Below, in pieces: positions 1-7,656 of a stretch of DNA of 24,721 nucleotides (position 1 is its first letter; every line of letters starts with the position of its first letter). The translations under genes and the position numbers were made by a program. This DNA is from a virus. Lineage: Duplodnaviria > Caudoviricetes. Location of the stretch: IMG/VR virus record IMGVR_UViG_3300048855_000111, positions 1 through 24,721 of that record. One strand, written 5' to 3'. The notes beneath the pieces were generated by a model that was not told the origin of the DNA, made no database searches, and saw nothing but the letters and a program-made list of their open reading frames with translations.

Positions 1-67
1 TGACCGAGCGCACGCCACTGCTGATCGCCGCGTCGAGCCGGTCGAGATCTGACTGCTGGTAGGCCAT
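1..67 (-). CDS. Phage head-tail joining protein (gpW-like), 5' part only
   Basis: ATG at 67-65, 1 nt after the terL stop; translates MAYQQSDLDRLDAAISSGVRSV..., which resembles gpW N-termini; position directly after terL. Confidence 0.75.
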   Translation of the reverse strand, partial: MAYQQSDLDRLDAAISSGVRSV

Positions 68-68
68 G

Positions 69-2051
69 CTACCTCCTGCGGCTCGTGAACGGATTTGCGC
101 GTCGCGGCTTCATGCCCGCCCTCGCCGTGGTGGATTCTGATTCGGATTGGGCCTGTGCCTCGGCGGGCTTCACCGGCGCGTGCCGCTTCACGGCAACGGT
201 GCCGAGCAGCTTACCCCACTGGCGCTGGGTCCATTCGTCGGCACCCAAGCTGACCGCCACAGCGCGGGCATAGATCGCGTTGTCGAGCGCCTCGTTGCGG
301 GGCCGAGTTTGCTCCCATTCGACGCGCGAGCGGCCGTTCCTCAGGTTCTTCTGGACCAGCTGCTCGGCAACCAGCTGCTTGATCCACTCGTCCGTGGTGC
401 CCTGGGGCAGGAAGACGTACCCCTCCGGGTAGGGTTCGCCGTCGACCGGCTTCTCCAACGACAGGTACCCGTACAGCTCCAGCTTCAGCATGGAGGTGCC
501 GATGGTCCACAAGCGAACGCCACGCTTCAGCTTGCGGCCGTTGATCGTCAGGTCCTGCCACGTCGGCCCGGCGATCGCCTGTCCGATGCCAACCGCATGC
601 CGGCCCTTCACCGCCATGGCGAAGGCCGGATGCCGGCGTGCCCACGCGTAGACGTGCATGGTGTTCGCGCCATCGCCAGAATCGATCGCGACCCGTGCGA
701 GCCTTAGCGAGCGACCGTCCTGCGTCCGCCAGCTTCGGCCAACCGCCTCGTCCAACTTCGTCCAGGTCCCGTGATCGGCGATCGAGCCGTCGATCTCGAT
801 ATGCTCGACCAGTGCGCGTTGCTTCTTTGGTCCAAACGCCCAGATGTCCAGCTCAAGCCGACCACCGCCGCCCCGCTGCACGTCGACCGATCCGATCAAC
901 AAGCCGGCCCAGACCGGAGGCGTCCCGATCGCCATGGCTGTCTCCCGGCGATCGTAGAGGCGCTGCCATTCGGGAGCCTCTCCCCGCTCGGCCCATGCCT
1001 CCCCCAGTGTCTGGTTGACGAAGGTCCGGAGCAGGTTCGGGTCCTTGCGGACCTCCATGAACTCGCGGGCAATCTCCAGCCAGGCGGCACCCGGATGCTG
1101 GCTGTAAGCCGCCCAGATGTGGAAAGACCGGTGCCGCGGGAATGCACCGGGGTTGTGCGCCCGCCACTCGCCAGCTTCATCCATCGCCGCCTTGTCGGCT
1201 TCGTCGATGTCGCAGCCGTTTACGCAGCGATACCAAGCGCGGGTTGGGTTCTCCTTCGGTTCCCACCGGATGCCAGCGCCCGTGCCATCACCGAACACCA
1301 GCTGCTGCATCTCGCCGCAGTGAGGGCAAGGAACGTAGCGGTATTCCCGGCTGCCCTGCTCGAAGAGCAGGTCGATCCGGCTGAGGCCTTTGACCTTCGG
1401 TGTTGAGCCAGCGGCACTGAAGCGGCGCGGCGAAGTCAGGTTGCGCTTATAGGCTAGGCGGGCGGGGTCGCCCTCTTCCTTCGAAGCCCAGGGGTAGCCG
1501 TCGCATTCCTCCAGGAACACGTCGTCGGCGGTAACGCGCCTGAACTCCTTCGGGCTGTTTGCGCCTTTGATCTGGATCCAGCCGCCCTTGTAGCGCTTCG
1601 CCCGGATCTGGTTGTCCGCATGCCGCGGCTTGAAGGTCGCGACCTCTCGGACGACGTCCCACTGCAGGACCGGTTCAAGATCGTCGCGGCTGTACTTCTC
1701 CGCGTCGTCGATCGTCGGCTGATAGATCAACGATCGCGCCGGATCGTACCGGATCCGGTAGGCCATGAACGACTGCAGGATCGTCGAATAGCCGATGCGG
1801 CTGCTCTTGCGGCAGCTCAGCTGCGCCGTCTCCGGATCCGTGAACGCGTCCGCCATCTCCAGCTGGAAAGGAAACGGCGTGATACTGGCGCCTGTGTCGT
1901 CGCAGGCGTGCTCCAGCATAAACTCGGATAGCTTGGGCTTGGGCCGGGGCGCGAACATCGCCAGCCATTCGCGAACAGCCGACAGCACGGCATCGTCGCC
2001 GCGGATTTGCAGTGCCTCGGGCTCAGTCTGCTTCGGCGGCCTCTTCGGCAT
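69..2051 (-). CDS. terL: Phage terminase large subunit, lambda GpA family
   Basis: 660 aa; KSSRIGYS Walker A-like motif, VFLEECD Walker B-like motif, GSTP, CPHCGE zinc knuckle, VDVQ and RNEALD nuclease motifs. Confidence 0.95.
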   Translation of the reverse strand: MPKRPPKQTEPEALQIRGDDAVLSAVREWLAMFAPRPKPKLSEFMLEHACDDTGASITPFPFQLEMADAFTDPETAQLSCRKSSRIGYSTILQSFMAYRIRYDPARSLIYQPTIDDAEKYSRDDLEPVLQWDVVREVATFKPRHADNQIRAKRYKGGWIQIKGANSPKEFRRVTADDVFLEECDGYPWASKEEGDPARLAYKRNLTSPRRFSAAGSTPKVKGLSRIDLLFEQGSREYRYVPCPHCGEMQQLVFGDGTGAGIRWEPKENPTRAWYRCVNGCDIDEADKAAMDEAGEWRAHNPGAFPRHRSFHIWAAYSQHPGAAWLEIAREFMEVRKDPNLLRTFVNQTLGEAWAERGEAPEWQRLYDRRETAMAIGTPPVWAGLLIGSVDVQRGGGGRLELDIWAFGPKKQRALVEHIEIDGSIADHGTWTKLDEAVGRSWRTQDGRSLRLARVAIDSGDGANTMHVYAWARRHPAFAMAVKGRHAVGIGQAIAGPTWQDLTINGRKLKRGVRLWTIGTSMLKLELYGYLSLEKPVDGEPYPEGYVFLPQGTTDEWIKQLVAEQLVQKNLRNGRSRVEWEQTRPRNEALDNAIYARAVAVSLGADEWTQRQWGKLLGTVAVKRHAPVKPAEAQAQSESESTTARAGMKPRRANPFTSRRR

Positions 2052-2508
2052 CTAGGCCTCCGCCTCTGGCCTTCTCGACCTTGGCGACGCTCAACTCCTT
2101 GAGGGCGTCGTTGACCGCCTTCTCGATGCGCGCCCTGAGTTTGTGATCGCCCTTGGCGACGATCATGCCGACCTGGCTCAGGCGGGAGACCGCCATGGCG
2201 ATGACGCTGATCACGGCGCCGGACATGTCTGGCAGCGAAGCCAGTTCGCCGCGGCGCTCCGCGTTATCCATCGCCTTCGAATCTGCCTGTTCTTTTTTGA
2301 GCCGGGCGCTTTCGGCGTCGAGGTCGAGGGCGTCCTGCGCGCCGTCGATGCCGTACTTCGCCTGAGCCCAGGCTTCGATGTTCTCGATCAGGGAGGCGCC
2401 ATCCTCGGGCAGGTCGCCCTTGGAGCGCAACTCGCCGATCCAGCGGCTGGAAACGCCGAAGACGGCGGCGAGCTGCGGCCGGCTCGGCTCTTCAAGGTCA
2501 ATTTCCAC
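2023..2508 (-). CDS. terS: Phage terminase small subunit (Nu1-like)
   Basis: GTG start with GGAGGG RBS; N-terminal HTH (QLAAVFGVSSRWIGEL), coiled coil (ESARLKKEQAD...RGEL); overlaps terL. Confidence 0.85.
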   Translation of the reverse strand: MEIDLEEPSRPQLAAVFGVSSRWIGELRSKGDLPEDGASLIENIEAWAQAKYGIDGAQDALDLDAESARLKKEQADSKAMDNAERRGELASLPDMSGAVISVIAMAVSRLSQVGMIVAKGDHKLRARIEKAVNDALKELSVAKVEKARGGGLDAEEAAEAD

Positions 2509-2627
2509 TTACTTCCCTCCCAGAGGGGTCATACTTCCCTGCTAAAACGTTGGAAAACGGCGGAAAACTGCCGTTTCAAGGACCTAGAGGGAGGAAGAAG
2601 TAAGGCGATTTCCCGTGGCTAGACGGA

Positions 2628-2674
2628 AGCTGCGCCTTTGCCCCCCGTATTACCCTGGAGCGCCGGAAGGACCC
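2628..2674 (-). other. Putative cos site (cosQ plus cosN)
   Basis: Minus strand reads GGGTCCT-TCCGGCGCTCCAGGGTAATACG-GGGGGCAAAGGCGCA, similar to lambda GGGTCCT-TTCCGGTGATCCGACAGGTTACG-GGGCGGCGACCTCGCG; lies just upstream of terS. Confidence 0.7.
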
Positions 2675-2717
2675 AAAGGGGGGGCGTTACCTCAGTGGGC
2701 CACCCTCCTAAGCGATG

Positions 2718-3209
2718 CTAGCGCGTGACGGCCGCCAGGAGCGCCGCGCATAGCAGCGAGAGCAGCGCAGCCGCGAAGGCTGCGCGCACCCAGTTAGCGC
2801 CCACCCTAAGCCGCTTGTCGTTCCAGCGAAGCATGTCGTCATAGTATTCCGCACGAGCTGCGTTGCAGTCGCCCATGCAGGAGTTGTCGCCTGCCAGATC
2901 CGTTAGCCAGTTGCACGGCTCGCCGCCGGGTGCCTCCCATGCGACCGGCAGCGCGCTCCAGACTGCAAGTCCTGCCGCGAGGGCAAAGCCGCCGAGGAGG
3001 ACCATGAGCGGCACCATAGTCGCGCTATCGCTGGTGGAGGTGACGGCAAGGATAGCTGCGTCCGCGGCAATCAGGAAAGACGCTAAGGTCATGGCACGTT
3101 GATCGGCGGCGACCCCCAACGTAAGCTGCGCTGCTAGCCGCGCCTCGGCGAGTCGGATGATCTCGGCTAGCTTCTCGGGCGACGCGGCGGTGTAGGGGGA
3201 GATTAACAT
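2718..3209 (-). CDS. Hypothetical membrane protein, about 3 TM segments (moron; weak PycTM-like pattern)
   Basis: 163 aa; hydrophobic stretches follow AADQRA, surround LAVWSALP and form the C-terminus; AGGTGG upstream of the start. Confidence 0.65.
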   Translation of the reverse strand: MLISPYTAASPEKLAEIIRLAEARLAAQLTLGVAADQRAMTLASFLIAADAAILAVTSTSDSATMVPLMVLLGGFALAAGLAVWSALPVAWEAPGGEPCNWLTDLAGDNSCMGDCNAARAEYYDDMLRWNDKRLRVGANWVRAAFAAALLSLLCAALLAAVTR

Positions 3210-3403
3210 TGCAGCCCACCTTTCACGCCGTTCCTGAGCGCCCGAAGACTACCACGAAGATCGACGAGACCAAGAGCACGCCTCGCATCGAGAAAAAGGA
3301 TGGCGTTGTGAACCACGAGCGGAAGGATCGTCAGCCCCCGAAAGACAAAGACAAAAAGCACTAAGTCCCGTCCCAGAGCCGCTCCTCCGGCAGCCCAGTC
3401 ATG

Positions 3404-3628
3404 TCACCAAGCTGCCTGTCCGCCCCGATGCCACAGCGGCGAGTGAATCATCCGCGCCGGTCCGCGCACCACAGCGCGCACGGCGGCGGCGATACGCTCG
3501 CACTCGGCGATCAGCATGTCAGCGCGGGCGGTCGTGCGCGAGGGCTGCTCCATGGCGTCCGCCAGCGTCTCGATATCAGCGGCAAGGTGACGCAGGCGAT
3601 CGGAGGGACTGAGCACCATGCTCGCCAT
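3404..3628 (-). CDS. Small phage hypothetical protein (74 aa), probable first late gene
   Basis: ATG at 3628 with GGAGGT RBS (3633-3638); MASMVLSPSDRLRHLAADIETLADAM... Confidence 0.65.
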   Translation of the reverse strand: MASMVLSPSDRLRHLAADIETLADAMEQPSRTTARADMLIAECERIAAAVRAVVRGPARMIHSPLWHRGGQAAW

Positions 3629-3640
3629 CGCCACCTCCAG

Positions 3641-3669
3641 AAACAAAAAGCCCGCCGAGAGGGCGGGCT
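3641..3669 (-). terminator. Intrinsic terminator (tR'-like)
   Basis: Minus strand AGCCCGCC-CTCTC-GGCGGGCT followed by TTTTGTTT. Confidence 0.8.
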
Positions 3670-3699
3670 GTGCGCGCCAGACATAGCTGTCGCAGGGAT

Positions 3700-3728
3700 T
3701 TTCTGGCACGTTTCGTGGCCGAATGCAA
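3700..3728 (-). promoter_or_regulatory. Putative sigma70 late promoter (pR'-like)
   Basis: TTGCAT-N15-GCCAGAAA, same geometry as the tRNA promoter (TTGCAT-N15-GCTAAGGG) and the pL/pR candidates in this window. Confidence 0.5.
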
Positions 3729-3919
3729 CAGTTCTCAACCGCTCTCGCAGGCGTTGAACTTCACCCTGGGGCCAAAGGGCGCATGGAGGAGATGCGCCGC
3801 GGCAGAGAACTGCTGGCAATGCAGACAGGCAGCTTCCGGGAGACGGGTGTGATAGCAGGCAGCAACCCGTTGAGTAGGTGCCCCTCACGCTATGCTCGCG
3901 ATGCCGGGACGTGGGTCGA

Positions 3920-4678
3920 TCAGGCCTCTTCGGTGATCCGAGGAGACGGTCCTTCGAGTAGCATGTGGGCGTCGTCGAAGTCCCCGGTCGCGACTAGCTG
4001 ATCCCAGTCGTGGATGGTGACCCTGCCAGCTTGCGCTGTGATGAGCGACCGGCCCCTTAGCTCCTGCAGGGTCCGGTTGACATGAACGCTCGTGAGACCG
4101 GTAGCGTCACCAAGATCGCTTTGGGTGATCGGGAGTGGGAACGCGCGCCTGTCACCTTGCCCTGCTCGCTCGCACCTAATGGCCATCTCGCAGAACAGAT
4201 GAGCAAGACGAGCGAGCGCATTTCGGCGGCCGACATTCACGACCCATTCCGAGAAGATAGATCCATCCGCGACACAGTCGCGCCAGAATGCTTCGGCAAT
4301 GCCCGGGTAGCGTGCAGCCAAACGACGAAGGTCAACATGCGCCAGGCGCAGGATCGTCGTGCCAGAAAGGGCGGACAGGCCCCACCCGGACTTGGGGCTC
4401 ACCACCGATGGCAAGTCGGCCACGTCGCCCGGAATGTGAAGGCAGGTGATCTGTCGAGCGCCGTCACTATTCTGACCGAAGCGGCCGACCAGGCCAGCAA
4501 CGACGAGACAGGAGTGATCAACCTCCTCACGCTGCCGGACAAAGTCAACGTGTGCCGGGACCACCTTCACCTGCCCCTTCAGGGCAAGGAGAGCGTCCTT
4601 CTCTTCTTCAATCAGGATTGAGCGAGAAGCGAGACGATTTACGAAGAGCTGAAGTGCAGAATCGTGCGAGGGAACCAT
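3920..4678 (-). CDS. Crp/Fnr family transcriptional regulator
   Basis: Start MVPSHD 8 nt after GGAG; cNMP-binding fold (DGARQITCLHIPGD), NVGRRNALARLAHLFCE, HTH (TQSDLGDATGLTSVHVNRTLQELR). Confidence 0.92.
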   Translation of the reverse strand: MVPSHDSALQLFVNRLASRSILIEEEKDALLALKGQVKVVPAHVDFVRQREEVDHSCLVVAGLVGRFGQNSDGARQITCLHIPGDVADLPSVVSPKSGWGLSALSGTTILRLAHVDLRRLAARYPGIAEAFWRDCVADGSIFSEWVVNVGRRNALARLAHLFCEMAIRCERAGQGDRRAFPLPITQSDLGDATGLTSVHVNRTLQELRGRSLITAQAGRVTIHDWDQLVATGDFDDAHMLLEGPSPRITEEA

Positions 4679-4956
4679 GGCATGTACTCCGGCCAAAAGG
4701 CGGGAGCACACAAGTCTCGCAGCCACCAGCGCCCGAGAAGCCTTTGCCGGTGATGAAGTACGTCTACCACGCTTCAGGCTCCCCACCTAATACAGGGAGA
4801 GCTGTGCCACTTTCGAGGGATGGCAGAGCCGAACCGACGACAGCTTCCGGGTACCCGCCGGCGCGAGCTAGTTGGCTGATTATGGCCATTCCCGCCGCTC
4901 CCTCTAAGGATCCGCTTGCCTGACGCGGGCCGCTGAGAGTGGCGACTAGCTGCCGT

Positions 4957-5676
4957 TTAGCGGCGACGCTTCTCTAGATAGAGATAAGCAGGATCAAATT
5001 CTGCTACGCTTGCCAGCTCGTTCCTGTTCAAGATGCTGACACTCCCCCCCTTCCATTCCAAGAGCTTCCGCTGGCGCAACTCCTGGAGGATGCGGTTAAA
5101 ATGGATTGAAGTGATCCCGAGGCAGTCTGCCGCCTCGGCTTGGGTTAGCGGCAGATCGTAGTGCGCACCTTCAGCCAGGCCAACGATCCCCAGACGCACA
5201 TCCAACTCGCAAAAAAGGTGGGCCACGCGCGATAATGCGCTTCGGCGACCAAGCGAGACCGCCCATTCTCGATGAATGGCGGCATCTAAGTTGGTCCCAA
5301 ACCAATACACGCGCGTCAGGTGCGGATACCGCTCGGTGATATCGGTCAGATGCGCATGCGGCAGCACTGCAAGCTTGCACGGCGTGAGCGCCATAACAAA
5401 GTGGTCGAGGCGCTTCAGCGTGAAGCTGTGAAGATCCAGGAAGTCGCCGGGAACGTGAAGCTCGGTTATCTGGCGCTGCCCGTCCCGCATGTCTTTGTAG
5501 CGGCAGGCGATCCCGTCGAGGAGGAGAGTGGAGTGAGAGAGTTCTTCCCCCGGCTGGATGATCGTGAAGTCCGCAGGAACCGGCCCTCTGCTCAAAACAG
5601 ACGACCGGATCGCAGCCTCTTCCTCCGCGGATATCTCGTCTCGCGCGCGCAGCTTCATCAGGTGCCGCTCAATCAA
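4957..5676 (-). CDS. Crp/Fnr family transcriptional regulator
   Basis: TTG start overlaps the upstream TGA; DGQRQITELHVPGDFLDL, SLGRRSALSRVAHLFCE, HTH (TQAEAADCLGITSIHFNRILQELR). Confidence 0.92.
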   Translation of the reverse strand: MIERHLMKLRARDEISAEEEAAIRSSVLSRGPVPADFTIIQPGEELSHSTLLLDGIACRYKDMRDGQRQITELHVPGDFLDLHSFTLKRLDHFVMALTPCKLAVLPHAHLTDITERYPHLTRVYWFGTNLDAAIHREWAVSLGRRSALSRVAHLFCELDVRLGIVGLAEGAHYDLPLTQAEAADCLGITSIHFNRILQELRQRKLLEWKGGSVSILNRNELASVAEFDPAYLYLEKRRR

Positions 5677-5927
5677 GCTGCGTCTCCACTCAGGCGGAGC
5701 TCGAATGCCTCGCGGTAAAACAAGACCTGCAACACCCTTCCATTCGCATCGGCAATTTCGACACGCCCTTGTAGGTTCAGGATGCCCCGTTGCGCTTCAT
5801 CAGCGACAATCGAGCGGACACTCTGAACCGCTTGATCCTGAGCGGCTTCGAGAGTGGCAAGCTCGACCCCCTCCTCGTCGCACACGGCGCCAATGCTGTT
5901 ATACAGATGGAGATAGAACCGGGGCAT
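5673..5927 (-). CDS. DUF6894-like small protein
   Basis: MPRFYLHL...DEEGVELATLEAA...VEIADANGRVL pattern; translationally coupled to the downstream Crp gene. Confidence 0.75.
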   Translation of the reverse strand: MPRFYLHLYNSIGAVCDEEGVELATLEAAQDQAVQSVRSIVADEAQRGILNLQGRVEIADANGRVLQVLFYREAFELRLSGDAA

Positions 5928-5936
5928 TATCGCGTA

Positions 5937-5961
5937 AACGCGGCTCAACCGGTTGAGTTCA
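5937..5961 (-). promoter_or_regulatory. EcfG/SigT-type general stress promoter candidate
   Basis: TGAAC-N16-CGTT, 9 nt before the ATG at 5927; consensus is GGAAC-N16/17-CGTT. Confidence 0.55.
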
Positions 5962-6044
5962 GCGGATGAAGTCGCAAATTTCCGCTAATAAACGTTTCCT
6001 GCCGGGGGCCGCTTCTAGCGTCGGCTACAAACCTCGGATACCGG

Positions 6045-6210
6045 CAGAGCCGCGACCTAAGGGCGCGGCTCTGCTCTGTCACAAGATGGCGGCAACGCGT
6101 CCATCGCTGTCCGTCGTTGTGTCAGCTCATCGGGACAGAGGCTGTCGCTACCAACGGCGTCGGCGCAGCCGTTGCACTCATGACGACCGGCAGGTCCTCG
6201 CCGGTGAAGC
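6045..6210 (-). repeat. Diverged direct repeat, copy 1 (gene 3' end plus hairpin)
   Basis: Colinear with 9358-9523; the hairpin-to-stop distance is 76 nt in both copies. Confidence 0.85.
6122..6208 (-). pseudogene. Orphan 3' fragment homologous to the gene at 9435-10034
   Basis: FTGEDLPVVMSATAAPTPLVATASVPMS* vs FIGEDVPVVMAAAAAPVPLVATASTPTH*: 20/28 aa identical, no gaps. Confidence 0.85.
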
Positions 6211-6271
6211 GGCGAGCCATCCGAGCCAGCGATGAACCCCACCTTCCGGGAGCCGGCCAGGTGGTTTTTCG

Positions 6272-7117
6272 TCACTGTGACGACGTCCGGGCAGGACACT
6301 GTAGCAACGGGCCCAAGGCGGCGGCATTGAGCACCGCGAGCCGTTCTTGTCCTAGTACGGTCGGGTGCAAGCCGTCGCCGTAGTAGGCTGAGGTGGCCGG
6401 GTTCGTCCCGTCGCCGATCACCGGGTCCGACGCTATGTCGTTGACCGCATCCGCACCGGCCGCATTGGCGCGAACCAGTTTGTTGTACTCAAGGCGTTGC
6501 TGCTCCATCGCCGGCGTCCACTTGGAATCCTGACGAGGAAGGAGCGTGTCGACAACAACATAGAACCCGATCGAGTGCGCAGATTCGACGAAGGTCTTCA
6601 GCACGGCATAGAGGTAGCCGCCGGTTGCGAGTGTGCCGGGTCCGAGGTCATTCGTGCCTTGCTGGAGCAACAGTATCGAGGGCTTTTGAGCGTCGAAGAA
6701 CGGGAAAAGGTCAGTCTCCCTACGCCCAAGCGCGGTCTGCAAGCCCTGCCCGTTCGTACTCACGTTGTGGACAGTCACGCCAGCCGGAAAGCCAAGGTGG
6801 TCGATTGCGGCCCAATTGGCTCCCATTCCTGTGCCGATGCTGTCACCTGACTGCACTATGACCCCTGTCGTGATCGCGGCTGTACAATTCAGCTGCGGAG
6901 TAGGGGTCGGGCTAGGGCTGGGTGTTGGCGTGGGCGCAGGAGCTGGCGCCGGGCTCGGTGCAGGCGGGACCACCACGACGGTGCCCGGTGCATCCGTACC
7001 TGAAGAGCCGCTCCCGCAGCTGGCCAAAAGAAGAATGGCACTCAGCGCGCTACTTTTCAGGAAGAGGCTATTCCGGGCGTAACGAAGCAACTTCTTCTCC
7101 CTAGTGGACGTGGCCAT
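6272..7117 (-). CDS. SGNH/GDSL hydrolase family lipoprotein
   Basis: Lipobox LLLASC, Pro-rich linker, SGNH blocks GDS, NVSTNG, GTND and DGLHP. Exact start uncertain. Confidence 0.88.
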   Translation of the reverse strand: MATSTREKKLLRYARNSLFLKSSALSAILLLASCGSGSSGTDAPGTVVVVPPAPSPAPAPAPTPTPSPSPTPTPQLNCTAAITTGVIVQSGDSIGTGMGANWAAIDHLGFPAGVTVHNVSTNGQGLQTALGRRETDLFPFFDAQKPSILLLQQGTNDLGPGTLATGGYLYAVLKTFVESAHSIGFYVVVDTLLPRQDSKWTPAMEQQRLEYNKLVRANAAGADAVNDIASDPVIGDGTNPATSAYYGDGLHPTVLGQERLAVLNAAALGPLLQCPARTSSQ

Positions 7118-7393
7118 ATGTGCAGCCGGCGAGCCGCAGGACCTCGGGGCCTAAGAGGCCTACGTTACATCTTTGCTGCACTGCAACGTGACCCATGGGG
7201 ATACACGGCAGCTGGAGGGCTTTCCCCGCCGGTCCGTTCCGCCCTCAGGAATCGCGGCCCCAATGTGCGATCATCGCCGGATCGCGAAGGCAGTCGTTTG
7301 CAGGCACCGAAATGGTGGTGACCGGCCGAACGGCTTCCGGATGCATGAGGGGGATAGCTGCCGTCAGGCAGGCGTGGTGGCGGCTGAGAGCTT

Positions 7394-7499
7394 CATCCGG
7401 TTCGCTGTTTCCCGCTCACCCATGACGACATGATCGACGCCGACGCGCTCCAAATGGCCGACTTCGTCGCCGGAGTGGGCGACGTGCAATCACCGGCAC
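7394..7499 (-). pseudogene. Frameshifted relic of a YbaL/RosB/Kef-type TrkA-N (KTN) domain C-terminus
   Basis: VPVIAR, one extra base, then AHSGDEVGHLERVGVDHVVMGERETANRM; resembles the IIARAH..DEV.....G...VVMGERE.A..M tail of YbaL-type antiporters. Confidence 0.6.
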
Positions 7500-7656
7500 T
7501 TCCGATCCATCGTCGCCGCCGCGCGATGGTGAAACCGGAATGCGCGGAGGTGAGTTCGATATCGAGGAAGGCGCCGCTGTGGCCCCCGACGAGGCGGGTT
7601 GCCTGACGTCAGTGACCTGGCAGCGACAGGGCCATCATAATGGACTGACACTCACC

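Noticed and set aside
6895-6965. G-rich repetitive stretch
   Set aside because: Encodes the Pro-Ala/Pro-Thr linker of the SGNH lipoprotein.
7118-7390. Several short ORFs upstream of the SGNH gene
   Set aside because: No RBS, motif or coupling that supports any of them.
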